Shown piece after piece: positions 31,336 to 42,719 of a DNA stretch of 64,000 nt (position 1 is the stretch's first letter; the number at the start of each line of letters is the position of its first letter). The translations under genes and the position numbers were made by a program. A model generated the notes under the pieces. That model ran no database searches. It was given only the letters and a program-made list of their open reading frames with translations, and was not told where the DNA came from. This DNA comes from an uncultured Gammaproteobacteria bacterium (lineage in GTDB: Bacteria > Pseudomonadota > Gammaproteobacteria > UBA9214): positions 32,001 to 96,000 of the forward strand of contig CAVYZN010000006.1 of the NCBI GenBank assembly GCA_963773065.1, read 5' to 3'.

Positions 31336-31906
31336 CAGTCCGCCGGGTAACGGGGAAGATGGTCATCGCTGTCCTTCAGGCGCGGATAGCGGCGATCCTT
31401 GTCAGACAGCACTATAGTCCGGCATTCGAAGCGATGCCGGCCATTCGATACCGATATCCGAGATCGTCCCAGGCAATACCGTACTCATCGCCCGGTGCAT
31501 AGAAATCGGTACATTTATACAACACATCCGCCTGCTCGCTTAACACGCAGAAGCCATGCGCGAAGCCCGGCGGGATATAGATTTGTTTCCGGTTCTCTTC
31601 CGAGAACACGACGCCGGCCCAGGCGCCGAAAAATGGCGAACCCTTGCGGATATCGACCGCCACGTCGAGCACCTCGCCGGTCACCACGCGCACCAGTTTT
31701 CCCTGCGGATGCTTGAGCTGGTAATGCAGGCCGCGCAGCACACCGCGCGCCGAACGGGAATGGTTGTCCTGGACAAAGGTTTCCGGCAGCCCCTGCGACC
31801 GGAATTTCCCGGCATGGAATGTTTCCATGAAGAAACCACGCGGATCCCGGAAGATGTCCGGCTCGATCAGCAATACTTCCGGGTGATCGGTCGCCGTCAC
31901 TTTCAT
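31335..31906 (-). CDS. rfbC: dTDP-4-dehydrorhamnose 3,5-epimerase (frameshift near the 3' end)
   Basis: [52 protein letters not shown]. Confidence 0.92.
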
Positions 31907-32816
31907 CAGGAATAATTTGTCCTGATTCAGGATATCCAGCAGATATTTGCCATAACCGCTGTTTTGCAGCGAGGCCGCGAGTTGTTCCAGCCGGGCGGCA
32001 TCGATATACCCCATGCGATAGCGATCTCCTCGACACAGGAGATTTACCTTGAGCCCCTGGCGCTGTTCGATCGCCTCGACGAAGGTCGCCGCCTGCAGCA
32101 GGGACTCATGCGTGCCGGTGTCCAGCCAGGCGGTGCCGCGCCCGAGCAGTTCAACCTTCAGCGTCATTCTGTTCCAGATAGGCCCGGTTGACATCGGTAA
32201 TTTCCAGCTCGCCCCGCGCCGACGGTGTTAACCCCTCGGCGATGCCAACCACTGCGGGTCGTAAAAATACAGGCCGGTCACGGCGTAATTCGAGCGCGGC
32301 CGATACCGGCTTTTCTTCGATGCCAACCACATGGCCTTCACGATTGAATTCCACCACACCATAGCGCTGCGGTTCACGCACCCGGTAGGCAAACACCGTG
32401 GCGCCCTGGGTCAGATTACCGCGCGCTGCAACACCTTAGCCAGGCCGTGACCATAAAAGATATTGTCGCCGAGTATCAGACAGGAGGGTTGCCCATCGAT
32501 GAACTCCTTCCCGATGATGAACGCCTGCGCAAGCCCACCGGGCGTGGGCTGTACGGCATAGTGAAGATCAAGCCCGAGCCGGCTGCCATCGCCGAGGAGA
32601 ATGCCGAAAGGCCGGCAGATCCTGCGGGGTGGATGATCACCAGGATTTCCCGAATCCCGGCCAGCATGAGCATCGAGAGCGGGTAGTAGATCAGCGGCTT
32701 GTCATAGACCGGCATGAGCTGCTTGCTGACCGCCAGCGTCAGGGGATAGAAGACGCGAACCGCTGCCGCCCGCCAGGATGAATACCTTTCAATTCAGAAC
32801 ATCTACCGCCTTGCAT
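31906..32816 (-). CDS. rfbA: Glucose-1-phosphate thymidylyltransferase (several frameshifts)
   Basis: Pieces: [43 protein letters not shown]...[34 protein letters not shown]. Confidence 0.9.
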
Positions 32817-32914
32817 AAATGCGTATATCAGAAATCACTACAAGCTTAACGGGTGCAGCCGTGTCACCGAAATATATCATTCAACCTGGTGCAAACCGTG
32901 GTTGCCTGATGCAT

Positions 32915-33004
32915 GCCGTGCGCATCGGCGCACCCTACGCTTACCAATCACTCTTTCACTTCTCACTTTTTACTTTCCGTGCCTTCCGTGGTTTCCGTGG
33001 CCAT
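32915..33004. repeat. Half GTAG REP fused to a copy of the right arm of the 29185-29370 element
   Basis: GGCGCACCCTAC (32927-32938), then ACTTCTCACTTTTTACTTTCCGTG...TTCCGTGGCCAT (32958-33004), nearly identical to 29324-29370. Confidence 0.8.
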
Positions 33005-33025
33005 TTAATCGTCTAACAGCCGCTC

Positions 33026-34785
33026 CTAGGGTTCATCCTCCGCCGGCTGGTCATCGCCGAGGTCGAGATAACCCTCGCGCAGCAGGTACAGCATGATCAC
33101 CTGCGCGGCCTGCATCGGGCTTTTATTGGCGGTGTCGATGCGTATCTCCGGTTTCTCCGGCACTTCGTAGGGGTCGCTGATGCCGGTGAACTCGGGGATG
33201 ATGCCCTTGCGCGCTTTCGCGTACAGTCCCTTCCGGTCACGGCTCTCGCACACTTCGAGCGAGGTGGCGACATGAATCTCGATGAAGGCGCCGTGCTGCT
33301 CGATCAGCTCGCGCACCTCGCGGCGCATGGCGGTGTAGGGGGCGATCGGCGCGCACAGCGCGATGCCGCCGTTTTTCGTGATCTCGCTGGCCACAAAACC
33401 GATGCGGCGCACGTTGATATTGCGATGCTCCCTGGAAAAGCCCAGCTCGCTGGAGAGGTTGATGCGCACCACGTCGCCATCCAGCAGGGTAACCGGGCGT
33501 TTGCCGTCTTCGATGAACTTGGCATACATGATCTTGGCCAGGGTCGATTTGCCGGAACCCGACAGGCCGGTAAAAAACAGCGTGAGGCCTTTCCTGCTGC
33601 GCGGCGGATAGACCTTGCGCAACTGGGTAATCACCTCGGGATAGGAATACCACGCGGGGACTTCGAGATTGTGCTCCAGGCAATGTTTGAGATCCCGGTC
33701 GCTAAACTGCACGCCTGCCTTGCGCTGCGCGACGAGCTCATCCCAGGTCACGAACGCCTCCCGCTCGGGCGAGTAACTGCGCTCGCGGATCGGCACCATG
33801 CGGATGGCGAGTTCATGCTGGTATTTCTCCATCATTTCCTGGGCCGCATAGCGCGGATAGAAACGTTCTCCCTCCTGGCCCATGCTGCGGGGAGCCGCAT
33901 GTCCCGGACCGACGATCATGTGCGAGCAGCCGTAGTTCTGCCGGATGACCGCGTTCAGCAGCACTTCGCGCGGCCCCGCCATGCGCACCGCGGCGGGCAG
34001 CAGCGAGAGGATGGCCATGTTGTGCGGATAGTGATGTCGGATGGCCTGGTAACAATGCACCCTGGCGTAGTAGTGCAGATCACCCGGCTTGGTCATGCCG
34101 ACGGCAGGGTGCAGCAGGATATTGGCCTGTGCCTCGATGGCGGCCTGCAGGGTGATCTCACGGTGCAGGCGGTGCATGGGTTTGGAGGTGTGGAATCCGA
34201 CGACGTTCTGCCAGCCCATCTTGATGAACAGGCGCCGCAGTTCCTCGGGGGTATGGCGCAAGATCTCGAAATCAAAATGGGCGGGCATCTGTATGCCTTC
34301 GAGTGACGCCTCCAAGGTAGATGTCATGGACCTGTTCAAAGAGATAACGGACTCCCGGATGTTCCACACTGGTCGTGCCATAAATCTCCCCCGCCTCGCG
34401 CTTCTTGTCCGGCTGCCACTTGTCCTCCACGGTAAGCACCGCCAGCATGAATCCCTCGACGTCGCGCAGCGCCACCTTGCCGCCAGGTTCGATCTTTTCC
34501 GCCTGCTTGGCCGGCACGTCCAGTGTTATGGGGATGGACCACAGGTTGCCGTCCGGGAAGGTGCAGATTATCGATGACGGATTCATACGCCGCACGCCCC
34601 ATGAAGCCGCGCAGCGGCGAGAGACCGCCATTGAGCAGCAACTCAAGGTCGCACTCCTGGCGCCGGTTGAGCGTGATGGAGGCATAGTCACCGGACTCGG
34701 CCTTTATCGCCTCCGCCCGATCCGGATCGACCAGTAAATTACACAATTCACCGCCATGCGGTGCAATCAGATGTTCCATCGTCAT
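33026..34785 (-). CDS. cysC: Bifunctional-type ATP sulfurylase/APS kinase (frameshifts near 34560 and 34310); sulfurylase motifs degenerate
   Basis: N-terminus LIAPHGG, DLELLLNGGLSPLRGFM; C-terminus FTGLSGSGKST, LLDGD.VR, RRIGFVA, RDRKGLY.KAR.G.I.EFTGISDPYE.P. Confidence 0.9.
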
Positions 34786-34943
34786 TGTTCCATTTCCTCG
34801 GTGCGCAAGCCCCGGCTCTCAATTTTTCAGAGCGCCATGAAAACTTTGGTTACATCGTAGTTTCACCGACCTTGGGTTAAGTAGTGTAGCGACGGACCCA
34901 ACAGAATCAAAGCCTTGAAAAGTATTCCCGGGTATTTCAAATC

Positions 34944-35901
34944 TCAATAATTATCCGCCGCGCCCGTGTATCCCGGCCAGCCGGGAGTTCTGCGCAGCCC
35001 CTCCTCCAGCAGAACCCGCGGCCGCCAGCCGATTGCGGCCTGCAGCGCCGTGTGGTCACAGACCCAGTCCCTATGGCGCAGCTCGCGCAGTTTCTCCGGA
35101 GTGAGCATGGGGGCATAACCGAACAGGCGGCTTGCCCGGCGATTCAGATGCGCCGGGATATCGAGCGCCCAGGCGGGTATGCGCAGCAGCGTGTACCGGG
35201 TGCCGGCACACTCGCGCAACGGTAGCCGCGATCTCGGGCCAGTCATAACCCCCCTCCCGTCCGTCATCGAGAGTATAAACACCGTTAGCGGCATGCCCGC
35301 ATTGTATCCAGGTAATAACGGCAGCCGCCAGATCATCGACAAACAGCAGGGAGAAGCGCGCATCGCGTGCACCGGGAACCGGTGCGATGCCTCTGGCCAT
35401 GGCGCGGAACAGCGGTAACAGCTCCCTGTCACCGGGCCCATAGACGGCGGGCGGCCGCAGGGCGATCCAGGCTACCCGGCGTGCTTCGTTGATCAGCACC
35501 TGTTCGCCCCTGAACTTGCTGGCGGCATAAAACGACAGCTGCGGTTCGCGCGCGGCCAGGGACGACAGGGATAGCAGACGGGGCGGCGTGTCCTGGGACT
35601 CCAGGACCAGCAGCAGCCGCATCACACCTTCGACATTGACACGGTCAAATTGATCCTGCGTCGCGCCGCGGACCGCGCCTGCGCAGTGCACCACGACGTC
35701 CGCACCCAGGATCAGGGATTCGAGGGACGCCGTATCCTCAAGACTGCCAAACACCAGGTCGAAATCGCCGGCCTGCAAGGGTCCTGCCTTTTTCATCGAG
35801 CGAACCAGCGCGCGCACCCGGTAGCCTGCCGCGATGAGCTGCCTGGCGATGGTTTGACCGATAAATCCCGTCGCGCCGGTGATGGCAACTGTCTGTGTCA
35901 T
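34944..35901 (-). CDS. NAD-dependent epimerase/reductase, CerR-like (frameshift near 35200)
   Basis: VAITGATGFIG, HCAGAVRG, LSSLAAREPQLSFYAASK..GE, LRPPAVYGPGDRE, MLTPEKLREL.H.DWV; directly downstream of the acyl-AMP ligase, as in sphingolipid clusters. Confidence 0.75.
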
Positions 35902-36060
35902 GGGGGCAGCATCGCCATGCGTGGTAATTGGCCTCGGGTCCGCGCGGCGCGATTGCGGCAACAGGCCGCTTTTCCGTGTGCTTCCGTGGTTGATGACCGG
36001 GTCAAAAAAATAACCGGCCTGGGCCGGTTATTGTTGGATATCAACACGCCCTGCTCTTTG

Positions 36061-37849
36061 TCAGGCAGATTGCTGTTTCAGCACAACGCCCATATCCGCG
36101 AGTTTAGGCACGGGCAACTTGAGTCGCACCGGGTCATGGCGTTCAATGAACTGCTGGCGCGCCTTGGAGCGTGACAGCTTGCCGGAGGAGGTGCGCGGCA
36201 GGGTGTGGGACGGCACCAGTTCGATATAGGTGTCGATACCCAGTTCAAGGTGAACCAGCCGGCTCAGGCGATTGACCAGGCTGGTGCGCCGATCGAGATC
36301 GGAATCACGACACTGTACCACCAGCACACACAGCTCTTCGTACTTCCGGACCCGGCACCGAGAACGCCAGCGCATCGCCGATGTTGACTTCCGGCTGCTG
36401 TTCGGCCAAGTACTCGAGATCCTGCGGCCAGATATTGCGGCCATTGATGATAATGCTGTCCTTCTTGCGGCCGGTGATAATCAGCTTGCCATCCACGCTG
36501 TAACCGATGTCACCGGTATTGAGCCAGCCATCCCCGGACAATGCCGCGGCCGTTTCTTCGGGCGCATTGAAATAGCCCGACATGACGCTGGGACCGCGGA
36601 CAAAGATGGTTCCGCTGCGACGGTCCGGCAATACCGCCCCGTCATCGTTGCGGATTTCAACTTCATATTCCGGTAATGGCTTGCCGCATTCCACAAAGCA
36701 ACGGGGCCGTCCGGGATTCTCCAGCGCATGGATCGGCAGCGCTTCCTGGCAATTCGAATGGTGATCGCCGTCGACGCAATCCGTGGTGTGACCCTGGAAC
36801 AGCGGCGCAAAGCTGACCGCCAGCGAGCATTCCGCCATGCCGTAACAGGCGAGAAAAGCCTTGTCATTGAAACCGGCAGGCGCCAGTGCCTCGGCAAAAC
36901 GCACCAGTGTTTCCGAGCGGATCATTTCCGCGCCAACACCTGCCACACGCCAGTTGCTGAGGTCATACTTGCCGGCTTCGCCAGGACGCAGGCGGCGCGT
37001 GCACAGCTCGTAGCCGAAGGGCGGGCTGAACGAGATGGTCGCCTTGGTCAGGGTCATCAGGTTAAGCCACTGACGCGGCCGCATGGCGAACTCACGGGTA
37101 TCCAGGTAATCGACCGACGTTTGCGCCGCCACTGGAACCAGCACCAGTCCCACGAGACCCATGTCATGGTAGAACGGCAGCCAGGAGAAACAGCGGTCGC
37201 CGGGGCCCATCTTGACGCCATGGCGGATAATGCCGGCCAGGTTACTCATGACCGAACGCTGTTCAATAACAACACCACGCGGGAAACGGGTACTGCCCGA
37301 GGTGTATTGGATATAAGCGATGTCACCCGGTTCGGACGGCTGAAATTCGATGGCCATCTCGGGAAGGTCGTCGAAGGCCTGGGGATCACCGATCAGGCGC
37401 AGGCCCAACCCCTGCCCCGCTTCCTCGAGGAAGGACAGGTAGCCGGTTGGGGCCATGGCAATCTCGGCCTGGCTGCTTTCCAGCAAGCCACGCAACTGGG
37501 TCACAAACGTGGCATGCCCGCCCAGCTTGATGGAGGCCGGTAGCGCCACGGGCACCAGGCCACCGTATTGACAGGCAAAAAAGAACCGCAGGAAGTCCGG
37601 ATTGGTTTCGGCAACCAGTGCGACACGGTCGCCTTTCTGCAAACCCATACCGAGCAGCTTGCGCGCCAGCAGCCGAGCCTCTGTACGCAGTTGCGTGTAG
37701 GGTAACGCAGCATAGAGCTCGCCCCTGCCCGTGTAGAAATTCGCGCCGGTATTACCCTGCGCCGCATAATCCAGGGCAGCGGTAAGCGTTGCGAAATCAG
37801 CGGCACGAAACGGCAGGTCGTGCAAAGTTGGTGTCGATTCTGTCAGCAA
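36061..37849 (-). CDS. Fatty acyl-AMP ligase / acyl-ACP synthetase (frameshift near 36350)
   Basis: AYIQYTSGSTRFPRGV, SWLPFYHDMGLVG, CYGMAE, WLNTGDIG, ITGRKKD.IIINGRNIWPQDLE, LPRTSSGKLSR. Confidence 0.88.
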
Positions 37850-38274
37850 AACAGATTCTTCCCTTGTCGGATATTAATAACCAGTGGCCCTGTTCTGTAC
37901 TGCTGCTGGCATGAGCCGAATTAAACGCGTTAATTTACCGTATTTGCCGATCTATCTTTGAATTTGTTGCAGATAAATCTCGTCTGAATTCGTTACCCTG
38001 AATGCCCGCGCCAGTTAGCCAAAAACGTAGCAGAAACACAACGCTAGTAACCAATTCAGCCACAACCCGGTATATAAGCAGGCGCTATGATGCCTAAAAA
38101 ACACGTAAAACACAAGACCTTTTTAATGTTTCTCAACCTTGAGCATGAAAATTCCCTATTGTTGCTAATCAACAACAATAATGACTTATCAGGTCAGAAA
38201 TGCATGCTGATCATGTTGAAATACAACCACACGGTTACTTCCGAGTCGCCAAAGCTCAAACTGCCAGTTGAGAG

Positions 38275-38289
38275 GCAGGAATTATGCCA
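38275..38289 (-). promoter_or_regulatory. Possible sigma-54 -24/-12 element in the divergent intergenic region
   Basis: Minus strand TGGCAT-AATTC-CTGC (GG-N10-GC); motif match only. Confidence 0.25.
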
Positions 38290-38559
38290 GCTACAGTATT
38301 CCAGTCAAATCCACGCTTTTTTTCATGTTTGGTGGCTTCCGATATGACAGTTACGCACCAGCCCAGTGCATCCCACCGCCGGGAGCACCACAATTGCACA
38401 TTAATGAAACCGGTTTTCCTGCTCATCCCCAGGTAAACGGGCATGGGATCGCAATCCTGGAATCATCAAGCGTCACAAGGGATTTCACCGGTACCGTTGT
38501 GGCGTGCTTCCTGTATGATCATTCACGCTCATGATTAATGAGAAACAGTATCCGCCTTA

Positions 38560-39702
38560 ATGGACACCCCAAGCACCACAGGAATTCATCTCGAAGCGGT
38601 ATCCGGCCGCAGGCAATTGGATGAGTTTATTGGGCTTCCCTGGACGATTTACCGGAGCGATCCAAACTGGGTGCCCCCGCTGTTATTCGAGCAGAAACAA
38701 CGCCTGACTGCCCATAACCCCTTCTTCAAACATGCCCGCTGGCAGGCCTGGACCGCCCGGTACAACGGCCGCCTCGTCGGGCGCATCAGCGCCCAGATCG
38801 ATCGGCTCTACCATGACCGGCACGGCCAGAAGGTCGGTTATTTCGGCATGCTGGAAGCCGAAGACAATACTGAACTGTTCGCCACCCTTCTGCGTACCGC
38901 TGAAAAGTGGCTGCGTGATCAGGGCATGCAGCGGGTAAGCGGCCCATTCAACCTGTCGATCAACGAGGAATGCGGACTGCTGACCGATGGCTTCGATACG
39001 CCGCCCTATATCATGATGGGTCACGCACGACCCTACTATGCTCGGCAGGTCGAGGCGGCCGGCTACGCCAAGGCCAAGGATTTACTGGCCTACCACATCG
39101 CCGCGGACTTCGAAGCGCCGCATATCATGACTCGGCTGGCTGAAAAGGCGGCACGCCGGGTCAGTGTGCGCGGATTACGGCGCAAACAACTCAGGCAGGA
39201 ACTGGAGATCCTGCGCGACATCTTCAACGACGCCTGGTTCAACAATTGGAGTTTCGTGCCCTTTACCGAGGCCGAATTCGCGGATATCGGCGAAATGCTG
39301 ACACTGCTCGTCGATGACGACTTCGTGCAGATCGCCGAGATCAACGACCGCCCGGTGGCGATGATCGTCGCTTTGCCAAACATCAACGAGATCATCCGGG
39401 ATCTGAATGGACGTCTGCTGCCATTCGGCTGGCTCAAGCTGCTGTGGCGCCTGAAGGTCCGCTATCCGACCACGGCGCGCGTCCCACTGATGGGCGTTCG
39501 CCGGGAATACCAGCACACCCCGCTGGGCCCGGCACTGGCCTTCATGGTCATCGACGCCGTCCGCCAGGGAGTGATCCGGCGCGGCATCCGCGCCGTCGAA
39601 TTATCCTGGATACTTGAAGACAATGACGGCATGCGCAACATCATTGAAACCATCGGTGGCAGCGTCTACAAGCGTTACCGCATCTATGAAAAAGACCTCT
39701 GA
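38560..39702 (+). CDS. GNAT-fold N-acyltransferase, bacterial ceramide synthase (bCerS)-like
   Basis: FI.LPW.IY..DPNWVPPL, GRISAQID, GPFNLSINEECGLL.DGF, MMGH..PYY, IFNDAW..NW.FVP, LPNINE, GRLLPFGW, ELSWILEDN..M. Confidence 0.8.
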   Translation: MDTPSTTGIHLEAVSGRRQLDEFIGLPWTIYRSDPNWVPPLLFEQKQRLTAHNPFFKHARWQAWTARYNGRLVGRISAQIDRLYHDRHGQKVGYFGMLEAEDNTELFATLLRTAEKWLRDQGMQRVSGPFNLSINEECGLLTDGFDTPPYIMMGHARPYYARQVEAAGYAKAKDLLAYHIAADFEAPHIMTRLAEKAARRVSVRGLRRKQLRQELEILRDIFNDAWFNNWSFVPFTEAEFADIGEMLTLLVDDDFVQIAEINDRPVAMIVALPNINEIIRDLNGRLLPFGWLKLLWRLKVRYPTTARVPLMGVRREYQHTPLGPALAFMVIDAVRQGVIRRGIRAVELSWILEDNDGMRNIIETIGGSVYKRYRIYEKDL

Positions 39703-39709
39703 CTGAACC

Positions 39710-40523
39710 ATGCCAGACAAGGACCGGCAAAAATCCTATACCGCGATTGTTCTGGCCGGCGAACGCAGCCCCGGAGACCCGCTGGTGGAACACGCCAGCG
39801 CCTGCTGCAAGGCCATGGTCGAGATTGACGGTACCCCGATGATTCTCAGGGTATTGGCGGCCCTCGACAGCGCCACGCATGTCGACAAGTGCATCCTCTC
39901 CGGTCCGATGCATGACCAAATGGCGGCCGAATCCCCCGTCACCCTGCTGATCGAAGCGGGAATCGTCGATTGGTGCGAACCCCGGCCGACGCCCAGCACC
40001 AGCGCCTACAGCAGCGATGCAGCGCATCCCCGACGACATACCCGTGCTGGTGACCACCGCCGACCACCCCTTGCTCACCGCCGAAATCGTCGACCGCTTC
40101 TGTGGCCAGAGCCTGACGCGCGGCGTCGATGCGACAGTGGGGCTGGCGCCTTATGAACTGGTGAAAGCGGCGTTTCCGGACATGAAAAAAACGGTCCTGC
40201 GATTCAGGGACGGGGAGTATTGCGGCTGCAACCTGTTTGCCTTCCTGACCACGGAGGGCCGGCGCATGGCCGATTACTGGCGCCGGGTGGAAACACAGCG
40301 CAAGAATCCGATCAAGATCATCCGGATACTCGGCTGGGGCGCCGTGATCAAGTACCTGCTGGGTTGGCTGACACTGCACGGCGCGATCGAAACCCTGTCA
40401 CGGCGTCTGCATCTCAACCTCGGTGCGGTGATCCTGCCTTACGCTGAAGCGGCGATCGATATCGATTCGGTTGCCGACCACGCTATCGTGTCGGAGAAAC
40501 TCTCGCGGCACCCGAAGCCGTAG
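39710..40523 (+). CDS. MobA-like nucleotidyltransferase (frameshift near 40010)
   Basis: AIVLAG.R...DPL, KAMVEI.G.PM, VLVTTADHPLLT, YCGCNLFAF, RKNP, AAIDIDS..D. Confidence 0.8.
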
Positions 40524-40570
40524 GGTTTGCCGTATGCACGCGCGCATAATGGCCACGTAAAACACGGAAA
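40520..40570. repeat. Degenerate GTAG REP plus left-arm copy ATGGCCACG..AACACGGAAA
   Basis: GTAGGGTTTGCCGTATGCAC followed by AATGGCCACGTAAAACACGGAAA, resembling 29185-29207. Confidence 0.45.
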
Positions 40571-40598
40571 TAATTAAAAAGGACAACGAAGTAATGCC

Positions 40599-41576
40599 TC
40601 ATCGGACAGGAGGGGATGGGCGGGAATATTGGCCGCCTGGAGGAAGCCGGCGAGCGATCTCCACACGGCTCACCGTTTCAGCGACAAACATAGCCTTTTC
40701 GGCTGAATAACCGCGCACCTCAAGCTCAATCTGCCATACTGCGCCTGACTCGCGCACCCGGTAGATGTGGTACTGCGCCGCATGGCCTGTTCTAAGTCCG
40801 ATGGATGATGCCGAAGGAATGCCGAACACCGGCACATGCGTGCCGGGGATCTCGATCCGGCTCTGCACCGAACGGTGCCGGTGTCCGTGCAACACCAGTT
40901 CCGCGCCCTGCCTGGCGATCACGGCGCATAACTGTGCCGCATCCGTCAGCCGCTTGCGCCATTTTTCTTCGCCGGGGACCGGCGGATGATGCAGCAATAC
41001 CACCCGGAACAGGCCTTGCCGCCCGGTCTGTTCCAGCAGCGCATCCAGTCTTTGCAACTGGCTGGCGCCGAGACGGCCCGTTGCCAGCAGCGGCGGGGAG
41101 GGCCGCGCGCTGGACAGTCCGATGAAGGCTACGGGGCCGCGCACACGCAGGGCGGGAAAGACGGTCTCGGCCGTATCCGCCCGCACCCCGCCGAGCGCTT
41201 CATCCGCTACCAGGTAGGGCTCCCAAAGCGATAATCCGAGCGTCCAGGGAACAGACACATAGGCATCATGGTTACCCGGCACGACCGTCACCGCGCGCGG
41301 ACTGCCGAGCGATTCCAGCCAGGTCCGCGCCTGGCGAAATTCATCGGGCAGCGCGATATGGGTGAGGTCGCCGGTGATCACCAAGTGCTCGGGACGGGTC
41401 TGGCCAAGGTCCCGCCGCAGGGCCTCCAGCACCTCGCCGCGGTGTTCGGCCCGGCGCCGCCGGCGCCAGGACAGGTAACCCAGCAGGCGTTTGTTGGCCA
41501 GCTCCCGCCACCTAACCCCGTCCAGCGTAGACAGGTGAGGATCGGATAATTGAGCAAATGTCAGTGTATTCTCCAT
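40599..41576 (-). CDS. Metallophosphoesterase (calcineurin-like)
   Basis: SDPH, ITGDLT, VPGNHD, LHHPP, LHGHRH. Confidence 0.9.
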   Translation of the reverse strand: MENTLTFAQLSDPHLSTLDGVRWRELANKRLLGYLSWRRRRRAEHRGEVLEALRRDLGQTRPEHLVITGDLTHIALPDEFRQARTWLESLGSPRAVTVVPGNHDAYVSVPWTLGLSLWEPYLVADEALGGVRADTAETVFPALRVRGPVAFIGLSSARPSPPLLATGRLGASQLQRLDALLEQTGRQGLFRVVLLHHPPVPGEEKWRKRLTDAAQLCAVIARQGAELVLHGHRHRSVQSRIEIPGTHVPVFGIPSASSIGLRTGHAAQYHIYRVRESGAVWQIELEVRGYSAEKAMFVAETVSRVEIARRLPPGGQYSRPSPPVR

Positions 41577-41624
41577 CGCTTGATAATCTGCTCGTTTGCT
41601 TGCCGTTGCCTGGGCGGTAAACTC

Positions 41625-42672
41625 ATGTCAGACGACTACCTCATGAACAGCACCGAGCCTGCCACCCGAACACCCGACACCGCCGCCGCTGACCTGTCAT
41701 GCAAGGACGGACGTTCAATCGGCCTGATCAGCAACCCCAACAGCGGGCGCAACCGCAAACAACTGCAGGCCATTGAGCGCATTGTCGCAAATCATCCCCG
41801 GATTCACCATTACCCTACCCCCGCCCTGGATGATCTTCCCGTGGCCATGACCGCGCTGGCGAATCAACCCGTAGGGATATTGGCCATCAACGGCGGCGAC
41901 GGCACCGTGGCCCGGGTGCTCACCCACCTGCTGGAGCATGCTCCGTTTGAGCGGCTGCCGCTGATCGCCCTGCTGCCCGGCGGCACCACCAACATGACTG
42001 CGGGCGACGTTGGCCTGCGCGGCAGCCTGCCCGGGGCGGTAGCGCGACTTTGCCGCTGGGCCGACGACAGCGGCGATGAGCACCGCTTGCTGCGCCGTCC
42101 GATCTTGCGGGTAGAGACGGGTGCCGGGCAGCCCGCGGCGTGCGGCATGTTTTTCGGCACCGGCGCGATCATCCATGGCATCGACTACTGCCGGGCCAGC
42201 ATACACACGAAAGGGGTCAGCAACGAAATCGGCCCGGGCCTGGCCATGGCCAGGACGTTTTGGGGCATCATGCGGCGCGACCGGCGTTTTGCCCGGCCGG
42301 TAGCCGTATCCGTGGCGCTCGACGCCGCGCCGCCGGCGCCGGCGCAAGACATGCTCATTCTGCTTGTCAGCAGCCTGGAGAGGCTGTTCCTTGGCATGCG
42401 GCCCTATTGGGGAGAGGAGAATGGACCACTGCACGTCAGCATGATCCGCGCCGGCGCGGACCGCCTGCTCCGCACTCTGCCCGCGCTGCTGCGCGGCAAG
42501 CCGGGCCGCCATGCCGGCGTGACTGCGCGGGTATCAAAGCCACAACGTCGAGCGCGTCCGCCTGATGCTGGACGGACCCTACACGCTCGACGGCGAAATC
42601 TACCAGGCCAGCCGCGCCACGGGGCCGGTGACGATCACCAATGGTGGTACCGTTACCTTCGTCCGCGTGTAA
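41625..42672 (+). CDS. Diacylglycerol/sphingosine kinase-family protein, CpgB (ceramide kinase)-like (frameshift near 42525)
   Basis: ISNPNSGRN, AINGGDGTV, LPGGTTNMTA.D.G; the shifted frame continues PYTLDGEIY...TFVRV* ending at 42672. Confidence 0.82.
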
Positions 42673-42719
42673 ACGGCATTCGTGTCACCAGAAGCCGCAG
42701 TCAATCATTTAATGCAGCA

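Noticed and set aside
31412-32194. Apparent RmlA-RmlC fusion ORF
   Set aside because: The junction reads CTGATGAAA, an overlapping stop/start shifted by an indel in a region full of frameshifts.
36061-37849. NRPS/PKS starter module
   Set aside because: No KS, C or carrier domains nearby; the context fits sphingolipid acyl-ACP synthetases better.
38087-38534. Small ORFs in the divergent intergenic gap as a hidden ACP
   Set aside because: No DSL-type phosphopantetheine motif or acidic ACP composition.
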